DNA of 64,000 bases. Origin: Terrimicrobiaceae bacterium. GTDB taxonomy: Bacteria > Verrucomicrobiota > Verrucomicrobiia > Chthoniobacterales > Terrimicrobiaceae. The number at the start of each line of letters is the position of its first letter. Position 1 is the first letter of the stretch. Under the pieces are notes generated by a model. That model did not search any database, was not told where the DNA came from, and saw only the letters and a program-made list of their open reading frames with translations. The position numbers were made by a program, and so were the translations under genes. Positions 59,026 through 64,000 of the stretch are shown in pieces. The stretch spans positions 16,540 through 80,539 of the forward strand of contig JBIIPZ010000010.1 in the NCBI GenBank assembly GCA_044342325.1. The letters run 5' to 3'.

Positions 59026-59871
59026 TCAGCTCTTCTTTAACCTCTCCTTGACCACATCCCCCAGATACTTCTGAACCGTCCGCTTCATGGGACGGGCTCC
59101 GAGAGCCTTGGTGATTCCCTTACGGATGAGCATCTCAACGGTTTCCTCATTCACTGTTAGTTCGATCCCCATCTTTTGGTAACGCTCGATCTCTTCCCCA
59201 ATCACGATCAAGGCAATCTCCCTTTGGGTATCCGGGGTCAGAGGCCTGAAGACGATCTTCTCATCAAATCTCCCGATCAATTCCGGTCGAAAGTGACGGT
59301 GTAGTTCTGCCAGAACAGCACGCTCCAATGTCGCAAACGGCAACCGTGTGGGTCTCATCAGTTGATGGGAACCGATGTTGCTTGTGCAAACCACATAAAA
59401 ACCGCTCAGGTCATAGGTGCGGTGATCGGCCAAGGTGATCCGTGCGGCATCGAGCATTTGGAGGAATAAATCCCAGATCAGCCGGTGGGCTTTCTCCACC
59501 TCGTCAAAAAGAAGGATCCCCCGAGTATGGGACTCCAAGACCTTCCCAAGCCGTCCGGGCATCCCGGTTTCATCCCCAAGGAAGAGCTTCACGCTGTCGA
59601 GGTGCTGGAACTCCGACATGTCGAAGCGATGGATCGACCCGTCACCAAAAAGATACCGTGAGCATTCCAGGGTCAGCTCGGTCTTTCCCACGCCGGTCGG
59701 ACCCAGAAACAAAAATGACCCCAGGGGTTTATCCGGAGGCTGAAGCCCAAGCTCCCCGCGCTCCAGAACGGAGCAGACTCTCGGGATGACATGACCCTGT
59801 CCTCGGATTTTGGATGCAAGGTATCCCTCCAGACCGGAGAGTTTTTGTATGAGGGCGGGATCAGGATTCAT
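59026..59871 (-). CDS. Stand-alone ClpA/ClpB D2-type AAA+ ATPase
   Basis: IRGQ, PLGSFLFLGPTGVGKTE, RFDMSEF, LLFDEVEKAH, TSNIG, FRPELIGRFDE and GARPMKR; no N-domain or first ATPase domain. Confidence 0.88.
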   Translation of the reverse strand: MNPDPALIQKLSGLEGYLASKIRGQGHVIPRVCSVLERGELGLQPPDKPLGSFLFLGPTGVGKTELTLECSRYLFGDGSIHRFDMSEFQHLDSVKLFLGDETGMPGRLGKVLESHTRGILLFDEVEKAHRLIWDLFLQMLDAARITLADHRTYDLSGFYVVCTSNIGSHQLMRPTRLPFATLERAVLAELHRHFRPELIGRFDEKIVFRPLTPDTQREIALIVIGEEIERYQKMGIELTVNEETVEMLIRKGITKALGARPMKRTVQKYLGDVVKERLKKS

Positions 59872-61397
59872 GAATGGGATGGACCTTTGAGTTTTCCACG
59901 CCACCATTGGCGCAGGGCATAGTCGGGACGGAGGCTCGTGAACCACTCGGGGTAATACCCCTCAGGTGTGATGGGAGGCAGGAGCCGCTTCCGAAAGGGT
60001 TTCTCGCAGTGGCAGACGATCGCTTTGAATCGTGGGAGCTTCCTCAAGAGGTAGGGCTCGAACCACGGCTTGATCCGGGTCTGGTAGTTGTAGGAACGCT
60101 TGCCGGAGGCCCATCCCCACGATTTCTCGGTGACCTCGTGTTCCCCGATATTCTTCGCCGCAATCACGGCGGAATCATGGTTTGCGACCGTGAAGATCAG
60201 CTCGTTGCTGAGATTGAGCATCAGGACATCGGCGTAGCGCTTGTCCAGTGATCCCAACAGCGATGTGTATGCCTGTGTGGCCAGAACGATCGTCGCCTTG
60301 GCCTCACGAATGACTCCTGCTGCCCGATGATCCGCAAAGGCCGACTCGGCCCCAGTGATGATCTCCTGTCCCTCGTCGGCAAAAAGGATGAGAAGGTTGT
60401 CCTTTTTCCGTTCCTCGGCAGGTTTGTCGAACCGACTGAGGGCATGGAAATAGTAGGAGAGCTTCAAGATCGTATTGATGTAGAGGCGCTCGCTCTGGAA
60501 CTTCTGCGGCATCGCGAGGCAAACGATCTTCCCCCGGTCGATTTCTCCAACTGAGAAGGTCGGCTCATCTGCACAAAACACCTCGGCGATCTCGGGATTC
60601 AGAAAAAATTCCAGGTAGGTGCTGAGGGTGCCCTGAACACCTCCCAACTGCTCGGGAGGTTGCTCGAGGTAAGATTGCAGGGATGAGAGTAATTCTTTGG
60701 ATCGCTGGTCGACCCGCTTCTCGAGCATTCGAAGAGTTTCCGTGGTATCGGCAGGACTGAGCAGGAGCCGATGGATATTCGGAATGGTGACGAAACATTC
60801 CAGATGCCGGAGGATTTCAAAGGCCATCTGGATGGACAGCTGGGCCTTGATGGGGAAGAAGGGATTCCCGCAACGGCCCCCGGTCAGCGAGATCGCAGTA
60901 TCCACAATCACCTTGGCATAGGTAGAGGCGGGAACCTTGGGATTGCCGGTCAGATTGATGGAATGCGGCGGCCTCCACAGCATGCTTTCTCCCTCAGGAC
61001 GGGTTTGCAGAAGCACAAGATCTCCACTTCTTCCGAAGTGGGCGGCCATCCGAACCAGAATCTCCCAGTAGAGTCCTTTCTGATCGAGGCAGATGCCTCC
61101 CCAGTCCTTCACATTCTGGAAAATCTGGTAGGTGATGGAATTGATTCCTGACTGGGTTTTGCCCGAGCCGGTCCTTCCCGTGATGAGCCATCCTCGGACA
61201 AAATCCTCCATCGACCAAGAAAGTCCGCCCAAGCGAACCACGACATTCCCAGCATGGCCCTCTCCAAAGAGGCTCCATGCTCCGAAGAGTGCACATAGGG
61301 TTACCACACCCCAAGAGTAGGGTGGAACGAGCACAAAGTGCCCGGCGATGGCTCCGGCAATACTGCCAAAAAAGATGATCAAGTCAGCAAGCCTCAT
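59868..61397 (-). CDS. Type IV secretion coupling protein (TraD/VirD4-like)
   Basis: Two N-terminal TM segments, ITGRTGSGKT Walker A, LDQKG, FADEGQE Walker B, LATQ. Confidence 0.82.
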   Translation of the reverse strand: MRLADLIIFFGSIAGAIAGHFVLVPPYSWGVVTLCALFGAWSLFGEGHAGNVVVRLGGLSWSMEDFVRGWLITGRTGSGKTQSGINSITYQIFQNVKDWGGICLDQKGLYWEILVRMAAHFGRSGDLVLLQTRPEGESMLWRPPHSINLTGNPKVPASTYAKVIVDTAISLTGGRCGNPFFPIKAQLSIQMAFEILRHLECFVTIPNIHRLLLSPADTTETLRMLEKRVDQRSKELLSSLQSYLEQPPEQLGGVQGTLSTYLEFFLNPEIAEVFCADEPTFSVGEIDRGKIVCLAMPQKFQSERLYINTILKLSYYFHALSRFDKPAEERKKDNLLILFADEGQEIITGAESAFADHRAAGVIREAKATIVLATQAYTSLLGSLDKRYADVLMLNLSNELIFTVANHDSAVIAAKNIGEHEVTEKSWGWASGKRSYNYQTRIKPWFEPYLLRKLPRFKAIVCHCEKPFRKRLLPPITPEGYYPEWFTSLRPDYALRQWWRGKLKGPSHS

Positions 61398-61659
61398 CCG
61401 GAATGATCGGGTGAAATCTTTTCATCAGAAAGTCGAAGAGCTTGCGCTGGGGATCGGCGATTTCCTGTTTGATCGATCGGAGGTTCACAATCGTCACTCC
61501 ATCGCGCTCATCCGTGGGCTCATGGTAAAACGATTCAACTTGGTTGAGTTTGAAGGCGAATCCCTCGCAACAAATGAACTCAGAATAGTTGGCTTTGTCC
61601 TTGGCGTCTCGATTGGGGCCTGTGATGGGCATGATCGTTTTGGGTGGTTTGGAAGCCAT
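61384..61659 (-). CDS. Small hypothetical protein
   Basis: 91-aa ORF bridging relaxase and coupling protein, overlapping both. Confidence 0.45.
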   Translation of the reverse strand: MASKPPKTIMPITGPNRDAKDKANYSEFICCEGFAFKLNQVESFYHEPTDERDGVTIVNLRSIKQEIADPQRKLFDFLMKRFHPIIPDEAC

Positions 61660-62728
61660 AACGCTGGCTGTAGATGCGGTGATCCTCCCTGTAGGTTTGC
61701 TTCATCCGGCAGAGGAGGGACTGCATCTCCCGGATGGAGATTTTTTCAACGGCTCCGGCGACTTTTTCGACGCTCCGGATAGGTGCTGGCTTACGCCATC
61801 CAAAGACTCGCGGAATGTTCCTCATCACCCGAACTGTGCGCTGAGCCTGACGCTTCTGTTGCAATTCCCGCTCCAGTTTCTGGATGGCCTGGTAGCTATT
61901 TCGGAGGCGACTGGCGTAGAGAGACTCATCCTGCCGGAGCACCTGCAATTGCTGGACCGAGATCTTCGGAACGATCGCCATATTCTGGCTGTCCAAGTGC
62001 ATTCCGAGCGCCTTCCGGAGCTTATCGGGATTTGAGAGAAGCTTGTCCCATTTGCGATTTTCCCGATCAAAAGCACGCATCAGATAGGTCATCTGGTTCT
62101 TGTTTCCCGACTCACGAGTGCGCGACATACTGAGGCCCACATAGTGCCCTTTGGCTGTTCGCGGGCAGATGGCCACATGGGCATGAAGATTGTCCGTGTC
62201 GTGGTGCAGTCCGTAGGCGTAGCCGATGGAATCTGTTGGATGAAACTGCTGCTGAAAGCGGTTCAAAACGGTCTTCAAGGAACTCCTCAAAACGATGTCG
62301 GGATTGATCCCGGTCGCGACCAGTTTGTCGTGAAAAGCTGTGGACATTGTGAAGACCAAACGGTGCTGAATCACGGGATTCGACGATGAGGTTTTGAAGT
62401 CCCGCATGTGCTTCATCCAGGCATCGCAGATCCTCTTTTTCCTTTCGGAATTACTCAGAGCCATCGGCGAAGTTCGGCTCCCGTCCTGATTCAAAACGAT
62501 CCGATGGTGGAGGAATCCCCCGGCATGAACCTGGCCCAGAGTTTCCTTGGAGGCGTAGTCCGCGAACTGGCGGAGCTTCTTGCCAATCTCATTCGGATTC
62601 GCGCTGTCTTCGAGACGGGATTGGTCAAGCCTTGCTGCGACTTTGCGCTCGGAAGTCTCGTCCAGATATTCCAAATCCAGACGCGATCTCCACGTCTTTT
62701 TGAACGGAAAAATGATGCCGTCCTTCAT
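61580..62728 (-). CDS. HUH relaxase (MOB_P-like)
   Basis: FADYAS (candidate catalytic Tyr), HRLVFTMS and YGLHHDTDNLHAHV motifs. Confidence 0.75.
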   Translation of the reverse strand: MKDGIIFPFKKTWRSRLDLEYLDETSERKVAARLDQSRLEDSANPNEIGKKLRQFADYASKETLGQVHAGGFLHHRIVLNQDGSRTSPMALSNSERKKRICDAWMKHMRDFKTSSSNPVIQHRLVFTMSTAFHDKLVATGINPDIVLRSSLKTVLNRFQQQFHPTDSIGYAYGLHHDTDNLHAHVAICPRTAKGHYVGLSMSRTRESGNKNQMTYLMRAFDRENRKWDKLLSNPDKLRKALGMHLDSQNMAIVPKISVQQLQVLRQDESLYASRLRNSYQAIQKLERELQQKRQAQRTVRVMRNIPRVFGWRKPAPIRSVEKVAGAVEKISIREMQSLLCRMKQTYREDHRIYSQRYGFQTTQNDHAHHRPQSRRQGQSQLF

Positions 62729-62961
62729 GTCATCATCTCGATTCGCTCGATGAGATAGTCGATTTTTTGTTCGAGCCGGTCGCTGACATCAGGATCGATT
62801 TTGTGATCCACTGAGGCTTCAAAAAGCAGAGCCTCCATGACCTCGGAGTTCTTGGAAAATCCGAGAGTTTTCTTGAGGGCTTGCAGCCGCTTCAGGCCCT
62901 CCGGAGAGAGCTTCATTTCGACTCGACGGAAGCTTGGTGCATCAACGGACTGCATTGTCAT
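62725..62961 (-). CDS. Small ribbon-helix-helix/MobC-like relaxosome accessory protein
   Basis: RRVEMKLSPEGLKRLQALKK..G.SKNSEVMEALL; ATGA overlap with relaxase. Confidence 0.5.
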   Translation of the reverse strand: MTMQSVDAPSFRRVEMKLSPEGLKRLQALKKTLGFSKNSEVMEALLFEASVDHKIDPDVSDRLEQKIDYLIERIEMMT

Positions 62962-63002
62962 TTTTGCGAAATTGCCGGGTGGATTCCGGAGCGTGCCCGA
63001 CA

Positions 63003-63064
63003 CGCGCAGGAACAAGTTCTTTGCGCAGCAAAGGCGGAGCTGTGATTTTTTCCGGAAAAATCAC
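63003..63064 (-). other. Candidate oriT
   Basis: Minus strand: inverted repeat CTTTGC-TGC-GCAAAG followed by AACTTGTTCCTGC, similar to the IncP-type ATCCTG/C nick motif; second IR at 63042-63064; immediately upstream of mobC-relaxase. Confidence 0.45.
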
Positions 63065-63364
63065 TTTGCTCTGTTACATACAGAGCCCGAATTTCCGGGT
63101 TCTTCTTGGCCCAACGACGGGGTTTCCTTGGTGCCAAGTCGACGGATCTGGTGAGGGATATGGAGCCGATTGCCGGGATGCCGAAAGCGCAGCAGAGGTC
63201 TCCCGGTAATGGGCGGGATGAAGGCCGGTCCTTTAGCAGGGTGAGCTGATTGGACGGAGGAGGCTGGCACCGGGTGAAAGCTTTAGCGAAACCCAGTGCC
63301 AAAAGCGTAGCGGCTGACTCCGGCCAATGAGCGTGCTGGGTTTGTGGATGCACGGATCGAGGGG

Positions 63365-64000
63365 TCATAGATGGATACCCTTCGTTTGGGGCGTTTGACC
63401 GGGAATTTTCCGGGCAAGGACTGGCTCCTCTGTCTTGGTGGGAAGACCTGCCGGAGATTGGGATTCTCCAAGGGACTCCTTTTGTTCCACCCCCAGAATG
63501 AAGTCGGTGCTTCTCTGGGCTTGAGAGGATGCGGTGAAGATCATCTTGGGATCGTTCTGGAACTTCTCGATCCATGAGCCGAGGTAGGCGGCAGAGTTGT
63601 CGAACTGGACCTGGTTCAGAATTCCAGCCTCGTTGGACAGGAACGAAGCTCCGAGCTCCGCGATCAACTCCTCCTTGGAGTATCGTTCTGAACCGAACTT
63701 GATCGGCAGGGTGACTCCCTCCCGGTCGAGGCGAGATGCGTGACCCGTCGAATGGGTCATCTCATGGAAGAGGGTCTGGTAGTAGGACTCGGGGCTCCGG
63801 AAGGTCTTCTGAGCTGGCATCCGGATCACGTCTTCTCCGGGTGAATAGACCGCCGCAAATCCCGTGTGGTAGATGGGACAGGTCTTGGCTTCCTCGACGA
63901 TCTTGGCGGCCTTTTCGAGCGGGTGAAGTGGGTTCTGAACAACGGCCTGAGTTTGGGCAGGTGACGCGATGCCTTCGGTCTGGTCGAGGTTGAAGGCGTT
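63365..64000 (-). CDS. ardC: ArdC-like antirestriction protein (zincin-like metallopeptidase domain), 3' part
   Basis: Frame is open to the window end (AFNLDQTEGI); YYQTLFHEMTHSTGHASRLDR, YSKEELIAELGASFL, SAAYLGSW. Confidence 0.85.
   Translation of the reverse strand, partial: NAFNLDQTEGIASPAQTQAVVQNPLHPLEKAAKIVEEAKTCPIYHTGFAAVYSPGEDVIRMPAQKTFRSPESYYQTLFHEMTHSTGHASRLDREGVTLPIKFGSERYSKEELIAELGASFLSNEAGILNQVQFDNSAAYLGSWIEKFQNDPKMIFTASSQAQRSTDFILGVEQKESLGESQSPAGLPTKTEEPVLARKIPGQTPQTKGIHL

Larger units (their letters stand above)
59026..64000 (-). mobile_element. End of an integrative conjugative/mobilisable element; continues beyond the window
   Basis: ArdC, MobC-like, relaxase and coupling protein co-oriented; AT-rich gap at 58602-59000 and visibly changed composition. 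Confidence 0.7.

Noticed and set aside
62958..63575. 205-aa minus-strand ORF
   Set aside because: Overlaps ardC out of frame and crosses the oriT-like region; no motifs
1..64000. tRNA/rRNA genes and RAYT or IS transposase genes
   Set aside because: None recognised by eye; tRNAscan and HMM searches would be needed to exclude them

Overview
GC-rich bacterial DNA that looks verrucomicrobial (Spartobacteria/Chthoniobacterales-like), judged from a Verru_Chthon-type pseudopilin cassette and a PEP-CTERM-like beta-strand-repeat protein. Four zones. (1) 1-33519: about 33 kb of same-strand (minus), mostly translationally coupled glycan-catabolism genes (GH42-like x2, GH31/36-like, GH52, GH29, GH2, SGNH esterases, beta-helix protein, heparinase-like protein, oxidoreductases, three large FlgD-Ig/beta-propeller proteins). 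It has several deletion or frameshift scars and no recognisable transporter. (2) 33520-48350: mazEF, a LamG protein, RHH-vapC, a ~2380-aa surface protein, a GntR/LacI regulator and phd-vapC, each separated by mosaic spacers built from REP/REPIN-like hairpins. A ~30-bp mini-element is present in some copies of these hairpins and cleanly absent from others. (3) 48357-58601: Verru_Chthon D-B-C-A cassette, AraC/PhyH pair and hipBA. (4) 59026-64000: end of a mobilisable/conjugative element (ArdC, oriT candidate, MobC-like, relaxase, coupling protein, stand-alone Clp-type AAA ATPase). All family calls are from motif recognition by eye; no searches were run.
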